From: Sedimentisphaerales bacterium
GTDB taxonomy: Bacteria; Planctomycetota; Phycisphaerae; Sedimentisphaerales; Anaerobacaceae
Assembly (NCBI GenBank): GCA_040772485.1
Contig: JAXGYC010000008.1
Coordinates: 1 to 64,000, forward strand
Direction of reading: 5' to 3'
Length of the DNA: 64,000 bases
Below are positions 1-9,565 of the stretch, piece by piece (within the stretch, counting starts at the first letter, position 1; each line of letters begins with the position of its first letter). The position numbers and the translations under genes were made by a program. Below the pieces are notes generated by a model. It did not search any database. It saw only the letters and a list, made by a program, of their open reading frames with translations, and was not told the DNA's origin.

Positions 1-87
1 AGTCCGGCCCACAGGCCCAACCGCGAAGACTTCCGTACAACACGGCCCTCTCGGAAGGGTAGACATCAGTGCAAGGAGAAACCGACC

Positions 88-306
88 ATGAGCAGCCTCG
101 AACGAAGAATCGAACGCGTTGAACGGCAAATACTCGGCGAGGACGACGAGATCATCACCATCGACTGGCTCTCAGGCCCACCCTTCCAGATAACGATGGG
201 CGAGTTCCGCCAGATCCTCCGAGATGCCGAGGGGACGCGACACTACCCAGGAATGCCCATCGATGGCCATTTGCAGACTGACCGAGGAGAAACTGAACAG
301 CCATGA
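88..306 (+). CDS. Small hypothetical protein of the element
   Basis: AGGAG RBS upstream; ATGA overlap with next ORF; N-terminal coiled-coil-like LERRIERVERQ. Confidence 0.6.
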   Translation: MSSLERRIERVERQILGEDDEIITIDWLSGPPFQITMGEFRQILRDAEGTRHYPGMPIDGHLQTDRGETEQP

Positions 307-707
307 CGACGGAATCTGACAGAAACCGACAAGACAACGGCGAATCCAAACTGACCGCCCGGCAGACTCGGTTCCTGCCGGTGCTGCTGGCCAGCCCGAC
401 GTACACCGCCGCCTGCAAGAAGGGCAAGGTCAGCCGCGACACGCTCTACATGTGGTTGAAGGACCCCGCCTTCCGGGCCGAACTCGACCGGCAGAGGAAC
501 GAACTGGCCGCCCAAGGGTACGCTCTGCTCTCGCAAAGCGTTACCAAGGCCGTAGAGACGCTGGTGGGCCTCCTGGACACCAAGGACGGTCGCTTGAAGC
601 GGCTGGCCGCCCGCGACATCCTCGACCAGCACACCAAGTTCAAGGAACTGGACGAGTTGACCGAACGGATCGAGCACATCGAGCAGCGGTTGGAGGAAAG
701 GCGGTAG
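303..707 (+). CDS. HTH protein, terminase small subunit-like (phBC6A51-type)
   Basis: LTARQTRFL...TAACKKGKVSRDTLYMWLKDPAFR HTH followed by helical/coiled-coil tail, typical of TerS-like proteins. Confidence 0.6.
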   Translation: MTTESDRNRQDNGESKLTARQTRFLPVLLASPTYTAACKKGKVSRDTLYMWLKDPAFRAELDRQRNELAAQGYALLSQSVTKAVETLVGLLDTKDGRLKRLAARDILDQHTKFKELDELTERIEHIEQRLEERR

Positions 708-879
708 GACCGGACAAGGGGCTTCGCTTCCACTCCAGGTCTGCTTTCATCTGGCGTAGCTCGCCAAGTGGGAGCTTCTCGAAGGGCTGATTGCCCACAA
801 AGTACTTTGCCACATAGCCTTTGAGCCTGGCCATGATGCCCGTGTTGACCTGGGCCAGCACTTCCCGATCCGTTGCCAT
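640..879 (-). CDS. Possible gpW-like head-completion protein (may be degenerate)
   Basis: MATDREVLAQVNTGIMARLKGYVAKYFVGNQPFEKLPLGELRQMKADLE resembles the lambda gpW helix-hairpin-helix pattern; the 3' end overlaps the convergent ORF. Confidence 0.35.
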   Translation of the reverse strand: MATDREVLAQVNTGIMARLKGYVAKYFVGNQPFEKLPLGELRQMKADLEWKRSPLSGPTAFPPTAARCARSVRSTRPVP

Positions 880-1062
880 TCGACCGGCATGATGGTGGGC
901 GGTCGATGGACATGGTGAGGAAGTGTTTACCGGCGAATTAAGGACCCGAAGAGAATCAAAAAGAACGCCGGCGAACCTGGTTTCTGGGCGAAAGACGCCA
1001 ATGCCGGCTCGGCTTGCTTGCCCCATTTCGACAATCCAGACAACGCATGGCACAAGAAGTCG

Positions 1063-1091
1063 TTGCTTAGTAGGCTTCTGCGGGCTATAAT
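1063..1091 (+). promoter_or_regulatory. Sigma70-like promoter upstream of PEP-CTERM gene
   Basis: TTGCTT (1063-1068), 17 bp spacer, TATAAT (1086-1091). Confidence 0.55.
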
Positions 1092-1169
1092 AATATTTAT
1101 GTGAGCGGAACGCGGAGCGAAGTCCCTTCACGGTTGGTCTGGGCCGCTCAGGCTTTGGAGGCAAGACGG

Positions 1170-1886
1170 GTGAAGATCGCACCAACAGCATTTTATGCCA
1201 TCGCATTGATCCTGCTGTGGGCCCGCAGCGGGCAAGCTGATCTCTATGTCATGAGTAGCGATGACCTAATTGGGCCTGACGACGACTATGACACGCTGCA
1301 TGTCCTTGGCGACACCACCACAGTAGATATGATCGGCGGCGAGGTGGCGATTCTACGGAGCTATGATTCCAGCATGGTTAATGTCCACGATGGCCTCATA
1401 GCCTACGCACAGAGCTACAACCAGAGCACATTCAACATCAGCGGCGGCGTGGTTCACGAAGCGAGCAGTTGGGATAGCGGTGGGACATTCAATATCACAG
1501 GAGGTGTGTGTTGGAACATAGAAGTCGGTCCGGGAGAGTTCAACATATATGGCGGGGTAATAACGGGCAAAGGGATTTCCGCGACTAACAGCAGCAGTGT
1601 GGTCAACATCTATGGTTACGGTTTCTGCTACGACCCCTTTCATTCTCAGCGCGGCGGAAACGACGGAATGTTGACAGGTTTCTGGCACGATGCGACACCT
1701 TTTGCCATTGACTTCTGGCATCCAGCGTATGCCGTAGGCTACAATTCATTCGACAAGGTAGTGCTACATGAGGTCCCTCCGCAAGCCGTCCCCGCCCCCG
1801 GTGCTGTGCTTCTCGGCAGCATTGGTCTGGGGCTGTCGGGGTGGTCGTGTCGGCGTACAAGTCGGTGGTTGCGAAAGGACAGCTAA
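1170..1886 (+). CDS. PEP-CTERM-type sorted surface protein
   Basis: GTG start after GGAGG; signal peptide; Gly-rich repeats (FNISGG, FNITGG, FNIYGG); C-terminal VPAPGAVLLGSIGLGLSGW..RR. Confidence 0.75.
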   Translation: MKIAPTAFYAIALILLWARSGQADLYVMSSDDLIGPDDDYDTLHVLGDTTTVDMIGGEVAILRSYDSSMVNVHDGLIAYAQSYNQSTFNISGGVVHEASSWDSGGTFNITGGVCWNIEVGPGEFNIYGGVITGKGISATNSSSVVNIYGYGFCYDPFHSQRGGNDGMLTGFWHDATPFAIDFWHPAYAVGYNSFDKVVLHEVPPQAVPAPGAVLLGSIGLGLSGWSCRRTSRWLRKDS

Positions 1887-2317
1887 TGACGCAACGAAAG
1901 ATCAGCCATATACTCACAGACTTCGGGGCGAACTCCGTGACGGTTGTGGTGCGTCGGAAAACGTGGCACGATGACCAGTTGAACATCTATCATTTTAAAT
2001 ACAAGATCGATGCTGTCGAAAAAGTGCTCAGGGAACTGAACGAAGAGCTCTCCGACTTCGCCCGCAGAATGTGTGATATTGACGAGAAGTACCTCTTCGG
2101 ACGCCGTTCTCGCCGCTATGTTCACACGGAGCGAGAGAGACTTTTCGGCGAAGAACGTAAGGATTTGGGGGACAAACACGCGCGTCAGGTTGCCGGATTG
2201 TGGCTGAACACAGACCTAAACCATTCCCAAATGTGGTGTGTAATCAAGGAAGCGTGCGAGGCCGCAGAAGTCAAACATGATTCGCTTCGATCGTTCATTC
2301 AGTCATTCAAATGGTAA
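1886..2317 (+). CDS. Hypothetical protein with SeqA C-terminal-like motif
   Basis: TAATG coupling to upstream gene; GRRSRRYV...ARQVAGLWLNTDLN...IKEACE resembles SeqA-C GRTRVYF...YWVITNTN. Confidence 0.45.
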   Translation: MTQRKISHILTDFGANSVTVVVRRKTWHDDQLNIYHFKYKIDAVEKVLRELNEELSDFARRMCDIDEKYLFGRRSRRYVHTERERLFGEERKDLGDKHARQVAGLWLNTDLNHSQMWCVIKEACEAAEVKHDSLRSFIQSFKW

Positions 2318-2806
2318 ATTCCTGGCATACCGTTCAGTGGGCTGGGGGGGGGCCAGAGTGGCCGGCGTACTGCATGCGCATGGAGCCGCCGGCTTATGAG
2401 GGAGAGGAAGCGAGACTGCCGGCGGCTGGTCCCCCGTGCAGGGCACGGGGTGGTGCTCATGAGCATTTGCGATTCTACACGCCAAGCGGCAGTCGTCAAC
2501 CAACAACCGAATGAGCGATGGAAGGCCCCATCGAACACGAGGCGAAGCAGAACGCGGTCGGAACCGGCTGCGGCTTTGTGAACAAGACGGCCAACGGCAC
2601 GGACGACATCTGGCGGACTCTCGAAGGCCAAGTCTATCCAAGATTGTGGTGGGAGCCGGGCCAAGGAGATGCGGCAGAGTGACAAGCCTGTTCGGACTCA
2701 TGCTGCGTCATTTGGCAGTTCACCTCGTAGCGATGGAATCTCCAGCCCCACTCGCGGCAGGCGTGGTAGCGATCCGCAGGCCGGTGGCGAAGCACCCATT
2801 GGGCAT

Positions 2807-3790
2807 TCAGTTCAACAGGGCCTTCATCAGGGCCGGAATCTGCTGCCGCCACTCCAGCCGCTCCTGTAGGTCCGTGCGATGGCTGGCCAGCCACGAGAGT
2901 ACCTGGGCAAGGTCAAAAGCATTTTGGGCCTTCTCCGGGCAGCCAGCGACACGCTCGGCCTTTCTCGTTTCGATGGTCGTGGGACGCCGGTCCTTGTACT
3001 TCCCGATGATCTGAACGTCGTGGCCGCTACAAGCGATGTGGTAGGTCCTCGTAGCGGCCTTGAAGCCCCACGTTTTCTTCACCGCTTCATCGACCCAAGG
3101 GACGAGGGCGGCCAGGTCGATCTTCGTGCTTCGCCAACGCCCAAGGTTCTCCGCATCCTGCTTCGCGTCGGTCAGGCCATCACGAAGCACGAAGCCGATG
3201 TCGGAGATGCCGATGTCCCCCGCATGGCGACGTCGAAGGCAGGATTTCGTCACACCCACGATGAGGCCATTGCTGCACACAAGCCGGAACCAGCCCAGCA
3301 AGGCTCGGAACTGCGTGCTGCCATCGACCGAGTTGAGCAGCTCAAGGCGAAGGTCCATGCCGCCTGGCTCGAAGCGGTACTCGCTGGGAAGAAAGAGACA
3401 TGCCTGCATGCGTTCGCCGTATTCTGTGATTGTTAGATCGACCCGGATGTCCTGCACATCGCCAACGACGTCGTGAAGGGCATCGGCTGCGGCCCGAAGG
3501 ACCTCCTTGTGTGGAACCAGCACGTAGCCCTTCGAGACGACGCCGACGGGGACGTAATTGGGATCGTCGCCGTGGGGTTTCCTGATGATGGTGTCGAGCC
3601 TCGGGTTCAAACAGGACCGCATCCCGTCCACATCCTGGAGGGCCAGCGTCCGACGCTCGAAGTCGGGCAGGTGGTCAAATACATCGGGCAGGCAGCATTC
3701 AAGAGAACGCACAGGGGAGTTGCGCCATCTTGGCTGGATGGCCGGCCCAAGTAGGTGTGCGACCCTATCCATCGTCATGATCCTCCACAT
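2807..3790 (-). CDS. DUF932/DUF945-family protein (start uncertain, ORF open to 4024)
   Basis: VGVVSKGYVLVPH, LLNSVDGS and WFRLVCSNGL motifs, characteristic of this mobile-element family. Confidence 0.75.
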   Translation of the reverse strand: MWRIMTMDRVAHLLGPAIQPRWRNSPVRSLECCLPDVFDHLPDFERRTLALQDVDGMRSCLNPRLDTIIRKPHGDDPNYVPVGVVSKGYVLVPHKEVLRAAADALHDVVGDVQDIRVDLTITEYGERMQACLFLPSEYRFEPGGMDLRLELLNSVDGSTQFRALLGWFRLVCSNGLIVGVTKSCLRRRHAGDIGISDIGFVLRDGLTDAKQDAENLGRWRSTKIDLAALVPWVDEAVKKTWGFKAATRTYHIACSGHDVQIIGKYKDRRPTTIETRKAERVAGCPEKAQNAFDLAQVLSWLASHRTDLQERLEWRQQIPALMKALLN

Positions 3791-4192
3791 CGCGGCCCCC
3801 CCGTGACTTGGGGAGAAGTCCCTGTTAGTGCATGTCACCGCCTCCCGCATCCTTCGTCTCTCCTCAATGTCATTGTGGCCATTCGCCTCCACAAAATCAA
3901 GGGGGCGGGCCAGATTTTGCTTGAACTTCCGGTCGAGAGGGACGATACTATGGGTATGAAACCAATAGCATCCACGTCGTCTGTCAAATCTGACTTCACG
4001 GGCACGGGTAAGGTCTATCCGCAAGGACGACCGCGCCGCTATTGGGCGTCATTAACTCCCGTGCCCATCTTTTTCAAGGTGGCACACAATGAAACCAATA
4101 GACACCACATTGGGACCTGCTTCTAAGCCGGTTGGAATCACCGTAACGCAAGCCAAGAACCTCGGTCCACCCTCCTTCCGTCGGATGGATTT

Positions 4193-4223
4193 TGGACAGA
4201 TTATTCTCTTAATGCGTACAGAA
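4193..4223. other. Putative tyrosine-recombinase core site A (11-6-11)
   Basis: TGGACAGATTA-TTCTCT-TAATGCGTACA(GAA); inner arm is an inverted repeat of the inner arm of the site at 12344-12374. Confidence 0.6.
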
Positions 4224-4301
4224 GCAGGCGAGATCGCCCCGAAGGGACGCATGTAGGGTATCGAGAAGCACGCGAAATCTGTACAGAACGTGGAGGGCAT
4301 C

Positions 4302-4943
4302 ATGGCAGCGATAGACCGAACCAAGTACATGAGCGTCGAGGAAGTCAAGCAGTTGCGGACGGTGGCCGAGGCGCGGGCCATCGTCGATCTTCGCGCTGGG
4401 CGGGTCAATGGTCCCCTGGCGTGGATGGTCGTGGACCTGGCGTTGTCCACGGGCCTGCGGGTCAGCGAGATTGCGGCCCTGAACGTCGAGGACGTGGACC
4501 TTAAGCGTGGCTGCCTGTCCGTGAGCCGCCTGAAGCGGCGAAAGCCCGTCCGGGAGACCCTGGCCATCGGCAAGGACCTGATCGACCACCTGAAGGCGTT
4601 TCTGACGTGGAGATCGGCCCGCGTAAGCGACATGGACAAGGCGGCGAGGAAGGGACTGGCGACAACGAAGGGCTCGCTATTCGTCGGCTGCCGGGGACCG
4701 CTGACGGCCCAGGGGTTGCAGCGAATCTGGAAGGCCGCGATCAAGCGGGCCGGACTGCCGGAAGAGCTTTCGATCCATTCCGCCCGGCACACCATCGCGG
4801 TGGCCCTGCTCCGGCGGACCGGGAACCTCCGTCAGGTCCAGAAGCAGCTTGGCCACAGCAGCCCGGCGACGACCGCCAACATGTACGCCGACGTCCCCTT
4901 CGAGGACATGCAGAGCGGCGTCACCGGCCTCTACGCCGGGTGA
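4302..4943 (+). CDS. Short tyrosine recombinase (catalytic domain only)
   Basis: TGLRVSE (R), HSARH (HxxR), LGHSS and NMY (Tyr); ~213 aa with no N-terminal core-binding domain. Confidence 0.9.
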   Translation: MAAIDRTKYMSVEEVKQLRTVAEARAIVDLRAGRVNGPLAWMVVDLALSTGLRVSEIAALNVEDVDLKRGCLSVSRLKRRKPVRETLAIGKDLIDHLKAFLTWRSARVSDMDKAARKGLATTKGSLFVGCRGPLTAQGLQRIWKAAIKRAGLPEELSIHSARHTIAVALLRRTGNLRQVQKQLGHSSPATTANMYADVPFEDMQSGVTGLYAG

Positions 4944-5101
4944 ATGGCAAGTGGAACGGAGCTTGTCCGTGAGTAATGATGTCGGTCCTTGCAGGCGTTG
5001 TCGGCGTCTTGCTGGCTCGGGCGACCACAAATGGCTCGTGATGAGCGTGGTCCGAGCAGCCCGCCGATAGGAAGTACGGCGAGTGACTGGCCCAGACAGA
5101 G

Positions 5102-5797
5102 TCACTTGCGCAGGCTGGCGAGGGGGACCCAGTCGCCGGGGGCTCGCTCGTATTGCCAGAAGGCCCAGCCGTTGCAGGTGCGTCGGCCGCACGCGAACGC
5201 AGCCGCCAGTGACGGCGAAGTGAACGTCTTGCCGCCCGACGTGATGATCCCACTCTGTCGTACGCGGGCCGTGACGGTCTTGCCCTTGAACCGGGCTCGC
5301 AGCTTCGTGGGTTTGTTGACGTACTTCGCCAGGATAGGCTTTCGCCCGTCAGTCTCCTTTGCCTTTGGCTTGCGGGGCTCCACAAAGCACTTCTTGCCGA
5401 GAAGATCGCTCAGTTCACGGTTCATTCGTGTGCGGATGTCCCGGCCGAAGCGCCGCCGAATGTCCTCGGATTTGGCGAACTTGCCCTTGACCCTATTGCC
5501 GGGCGGCTTAACGATCCGGAGGATGAGCGATTCCAGTTCCCGCAGATGACTGTCGCCGATGGTCAGGTACACGCTGAACCGGTCCCACGAATCACCGTGG
5601 CGGTCTTTCAGGTGGTGTGCCAGCCGGGATCGTAGGTTGCTCGCCAGACCGACGTAGTAGAGCTTGCCGCGACGATACAGGGCATAGACGCCCTGGCGGT
5701 GGCGCACGTACGCCCGGATGATGTCCAGGTACTGCTCCAACGCATGGCGCGAGATGTTCTCCAGATGCTGGCATACGAGCGGCGTTCGTCTGGCCAT
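5102..5797 (-). CDS. GIY-YIG nuclease fused to RAMA domain
   Basis: GVYALY...YYVGLASNLRSRL (GIY-YIG); C-terminal FTSPSLAA...NGWAFW (RAMA signature). Confidence 0.8.
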   Translation of the reverse strand: MARRTPLVCQHLENISRHALEQYLDIIRAYVRHRQGVYALYRRGKLYYVGLASNLRSRLAHHLKDRHGDSWDRFSVYLTIGDSHLRELESLILRIVKPPGNRVKGKFAKSEDIRRRFGRDIRTRMNRELSDLLGKKCFVEPRKPKAKETDGRKPILAKYVNKPTKLRARFKGKTVTARVRQSGIITSGGKTFTSPSLAAAFACGRRTCNGWAFWQYERAPGDWVPLASLRK

Positions 5798-5841
5798 GTC
5801 GCTGTCCTCTCAACGCTTTCGGTACATGTTCACTTTCGTCA

Positions 5842-6633
5842 TCATGTCGGGGAGAAGTGCCGGATCAACCCGTACACACGTTTGCAGAATATCGGGAAGA
5901 GCAACAGATTCGCATGTACGGTTTCCTTCTCGATGGGCTTCCCGGTCGGGTGACCTGCTTCGTTACGGGTGGTGCGGATGATGTCGAATACCCTTTCCAA
6001 GATCGTGCCCAAATCGTCTCCCAATGCATCAGGCAGTCCTGGCGACAGCGGCTCCAAACGCTTCCAAAGAGCTTTCCATTTCCGGCTTATGATGAAAGAC
6101 TCCGTGTCCTTCTCGTACTCCTTCTTCTCGTTGGGGTCGGATAACGACCTGCCAAATGCATCAACAAGCAGCAAGATGGCTTTCTCGGCAGCGCAGCCCA
6201 ACATTGTGGCGGCCGCCAGCAGTAGGTTCCTGCGGAAGCAGATAAGACATTCTTCCAGGTAACGGGTGACTGTTGAGTCGATTCCTGGGATCTCGGCCCT
6301 TATGCGAGCAAGGTAACCGTCCGGGTCATACGGCTGATACTCTTCGTCGCTGAGCACCTGTGCCCCGTACTCTGTCAAATGGTAGTGCGGGAAGAGCAGT
6401 GTCCCGCTCTGCATGGTCATGTTGGTCTTGGGTTTGACGCCCGGGACGAGTATCCCAGCCACGTATAGTTCGTGGATAATTTGTTCGACCCGCACAAAAT
6501 CTGTTTCATCCAACTCGATACTGTGATCTCGAAAGTACGTCTTCACGTGACCGTGCAGATCAATCTGACCTTCCGTGGATCGACGAAAGTAGGTCAGAAT
6601 CATGTCCCTGAGTATGTGGTAGTCCGTTGCCAT
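5842..6633 (-). CDS. Putative HEPN-superfamily RNase with N-terminal wHTH-like region
   Basis: ATG after GGAGG; AAATMLGCAAE helix and C-terminal RNEAGH (Rx4H); YHLTEYG wHTH-like end. Confidence 0.6.
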   Translation of the reverse strand: MATDYHILRDMILTYFRRSTEGQIDLHGHVKTYFRDHSIELDETDFVRVEQIIHELYVAGILVPGVKPKTNMTMQSGTLLFPHYHLTEYGAQVLSDEEYQPYDPDGYLARIRAEIPGIDSTVTRYLEECLICFRRNLLLAAATMLGCAAEKAILLLVDAFGRSLSDPNEKKEYEKDTESFIISRKWKALWKRLEPLSPGLPDALGDDLGTILERVFDIIRTTRNEAGHPTGKPIEKETVHANLLLFPIFCKRVYGLIRHFSPT

Positions 6634-6670
6634 GACTACTGCCTCCTGGTATTGATACCGCATGCCATGT

Positions 6671-8002
6671 TCATAATTCCCCCTTGAAGGCTTTATCAAG
6701 TACCGACGGCAACAACGCGTCCAGTTCGGCGGCGGTTTCGGATTGGAGACGTTTCAAGGCGTCCACTTCCGCCTGCAAGGCGTCCAACTCGGCCACAATG
6801 CGACGCTGTTTGTCTTTGGGTGGCAAGGGAAAGGCAAAACTCGGAGCATCCTTCACGCGTATGTGGGGCACAGTCAAGCCACGACAGACCTCCTGGACCT
6901 GGTCGTGGAACACGGGGCTATTCAGGTAATGCAGGAGTATCTCAGGGGCGAGCGTATCAGGGTCGGGCCGGAGTAACATCAACCGCTGCGTTAGGCATAC
7001 TTGATGTCCCGCTGGCAGCAGACACGCCTGTCCCATCGGGGCTTCACGTGTGAGCAACACGTCGCCGGACATAGGTTTCTCTCGTCGGTTCCAGTGGTTG
7101 AAGTCGTTTGCCGTCACAAACCACTTTTCCCGGAGATCAAGTTCGTACGGCTTGACATTTGTTGATTTGAGACCAAGCAGCCGCGTATCACTATCGGCAA
7201 AATCTGGGGTGTCGTTGACGCAATCGACGAGATGTGTGAGAACAGAGCCGAGAGTGGTCCAGACCCAACCCTGTGGAAGTGGCAGTGGTCCCTCAGTCAA
7301 GACAACCGGAGAGCCAGGATGGGCATTATTATGCTTGGGAGTATCTCTGTTTCGATGCCGCTGCACTGCCAGTGTAAGCAGTAATTGGGCCGATTGATTT
7401 GAGGGGCCTGAGCAATGCCGACCAGTCAGGCAGTCTGTAACGACTGTGGGCCAGAAGGCTTCGAGTTCGGTAGTTGACGACTTGCGAGTGCTACAAGCCT
7501 CGTGGATTTGGGCGGCCAGTTCCTCAATCCGTGCTACGATCCGCCGCTGCTCCGCCAAGGGGGGAAGAGGGATTTGGACTTCAAGAAATCGCTCGGGCCG
7601 AATCCGATTCTTGCCACTCGTACCCCGTGACTTCTCATCACATTGGGACCAGAATGCGCGGGTCTTGGTCAGCCAGTGTATCCATCGCGGTTCAAGACGG
7701 TTGCGTATCGGCGCAAACATCGGAAACTCACCCGATCCGTAGCACCCGGCAAGAGAATCAGGGGTAACGGCAACGCTACCGTTTCGCGCCCAAATCTTGT
7801 TGACGATGATATCTCCGGTCTCGGTGCGAAACAGGCGGGCGTATTTCGTTTGTGATCCTTCGATTGACTCCCGCTCGTAAGCCCCTTCTCCCCAGAGTTT
7901 CACCCCGATCTGGCGATAGGTCGTTCCGGGCACAGGTACTTCGGCACGTTCAATCGGGGTGGCAACTTCACCCAGCGTCACAATCGGCCACTGCACGCTC
8001 AT
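6671..8002 (-). CDS. hsdS: Type I restriction-modification specificity subunit
   Basis: Two TRDs each followed by conserved PLPP..EQRRIVA / PLPP...QRRIVAELD; ends LDKAFKGEL. Confidence 0.95.
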   Translation of the reverse strand: MSVQWPIVTLGEVATPIERAEVPVPGTTYRQIGVKLWGEGAYERESIEGSQTKYARLFRTETGDIIVNKIWARNGSVAVTPDSLAGCYGSGEFPMFAPIRNRLEPRWIHWLTKTRAFWSQCDEKSRGTSGKNRIRPERFLEVQIPLPPLAEQRRIVARIEELAAQIHEACSTRKSSTTELEAFWPTVVTDCLTGRHCSGPSNQSAQLLLTLAVQRHRNRDTPKHNNAHPGSPVVLTEGPLPLPQGWVWTTLGSVLTHLVDCVNDTPDFADSDTRLLGLKSTNVKPYELDLREKWFVTANDFNHWNRREKPMSGDVLLTREAPMGQACLLPAGHQVCLTQRLMLLRPDPDTLAPEILLHYLNSPVFHDQVQEVCRGLTVPHIRVKDAPSFAFPLPPKDKQRRIVAELDALQAEVDALKRLQSETAAELDALLPSVLDKAFKGEL

Positions 8003-9555
8003 TCGGCCCCCTTTGCCAGCAGGCCCGCAATCGTCCCCATGATTTGCGCGATCCTCTGTTCCTTCTCCATGATGCTGGCGACGAGCGTTTCGGGCGGCAG
8101 GTGGGTGATATCTTCCTTGGCGTTCGGATTCTTACGGTCGAGATTGCAGCCGGTGGCGAGCAGTTCGTCGGCCGGGACTTTCCACGCCTGTTCGTTCTCA
8201 TTGCGTTTGCCCCACCAATCCAGGCACGGCTTGAACTCGTCGAATTGGATGGGCTGCGTCTTGGTGTAGTTCTTGCGGCCTTCGGGCAATGGCTGCTCGT
8301 AGTACCAGACTTCTTTCGTCGGGCCAGAGCGTTCGAAGAACAGCAGATTCGTCGGGATCGACGTATAGGGCGCGAAGACGCCGTTCGGCAGGCGGACGAT
8401 GGTATGGAGATTGAAGTCCTTGAGCAGTTCCTCTTTGATGCGGGCGCAGACGCCGTCGCCGAAGAGCGTGCCGTTCGGGACGACGACGGCCGCCCGGCCG
8501 GGCTTGCCGTTGTTCTTCTCGGGGCGTTTGAGCTTTCGCATGATAAGTTGCAGGAACAGCAGCGCCGTTTCCGAAGTCTGCTTGTCGTCGGGGAAGTTGT
8601 TCTTGATGCCGGGCTCTTCCTCTCCACCGAACGGGGGATTCGTCAAGACGATGTCCACGCGGTCCCGGTCACCGATCTCTTTGATATTCACCGCCAGCGA
8701 ATTGCCGTCGCCGATCTGGGGGTAGTCCAGACCGTGGAGGAGCAGGTTCATCTGAGAAAGCATGTACGGGAGCGGCTTGGCCTCCTGCCCGAAGATGCTC
8801 TCTTCCTGGAGGATTCTACGGTGCTCGACGGTCTTGCACTGCGCTTCGAGGTGGGCATACGCTTCGACGAGAAATCCGCCCGTGCCGCACGCCGGGTCCA
8901 GGACGCTTTCGCCAAGTCGGGGATCATTGGCTTCGACCATGAAGCGCACCACGGCACGCGGCGTGTAGAACTCGCCGGAATCGCCTGCGGCGTCCCGCAT
9001 CTCCTTGAGCATGGCCTCGTACAGGCGGCTGAGCGTGTGGATTTCTTCCGATGACGTGAAGTGAATCCCGTTGATCTTGTTGATGACGTCGCGGAGCAGA
9101 TAGCCGTTAACCATCCGATTGATGACGCCCCGGAAGACCCTGGCGATCACATCCCGGCGGTTCGTACCGTTCGTGCTCTGTAGGGACCGCAGATAGGCAA
9201 TCAGGCCGGGTCCACGCTGCCCGTCGGGCCGGACCGCTTCATCCTGATTCACAAAGGCGATCAGTTCCGGCCCGGTGATGCCGTCCTCTTTGGCGGCCCA
9301 ATCCCGCCAGCGGTACGGCGGCTCGATGGCCGGGCGATACCGTTTCTTCCCAACCTTCGCTTCTCCCTCTCGAATCTGCTCCATGTCGTCGAGGAACTTG
9401 AGGAACATGATCCAGGTGAGCATGGGCAAGCGATCCAGATCGCCGTTGAGTCCCTTGTCCTTCCGCATGATGTCGCGGGCGGACTTCATCAAAGACCCAA
9501 GCTGCTGGGCGGTCGTCTGGGGTTGACTGTCCTTCTTCTTCCTTGTTCGTGCCAT
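7999..9555 (-). CDS. hsdM: Type I restriction-modification m6A methyltransferase
   Basis: GEFYTPR, DPACGTGGFL (SAM motif I), NPPF (motif IV). Confidence 0.97.
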   Translation of the reverse strand: MARTRKKKDSQPQTTAQQLGSLMKSARDIMRKDKGLNGDLDRLPMLTWIMFLKFLDDMEQIREGEAKVGKKRYRPAIEPPYRWRDWAAKEDGITGPELIAFVNQDEAVRPDGQRGPGLIAYLRSLQSTNGTNRRDVIARVFRGVINRMVNGYLLRDVINKINGIHFTSSEEIHTLSRLYEAMLKEMRDAAGDSGEFYTPRAVVRFMVEANDPRLGESVLDPACGTGGFLVEAYAHLEAQCKTVEHRRILQEESIFGQEAKPLPYMLSQMNLLLHGLDYPQIGDGNSLAVNIKEIGDRDRVDIVLTNPPFGGEEEPGIKNNFPDDKQTSETALLFLQLIMRKLKRPEKNNGKPGRAAVVVPNGTLFGDGVCARIKEELLKDFNLHTIVRLPNGVFAPYTSIPTNLLFFERSGPTKEVWYYEQPLPEGRKNYTKTQPIQFDEFKPCLDWWGKRNENEQAWKVPADELLATGCNLDRKNPNAKEDITHLPPETLVASIMEKEQRIAQIMGTIAGLLAKGAE

Positions 9556-9565
9556 TCATCATCCT

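Noticed and set aside
2430..2810. Possible frameshifted PilZ-like pseudogene (RFHRYEV...; VRAVGRLVH...LVF) on the minus strand
   Set aside because: Motifs are split over frames and too degenerate to support without a profile search.
6671..8002. hsdS shufflon driven by the nearby recombinase
   Set aside because: Only one hsdS, no silent TRD copies, and I saw no inverted repeats within it; the candidate sites lie outside the operon.
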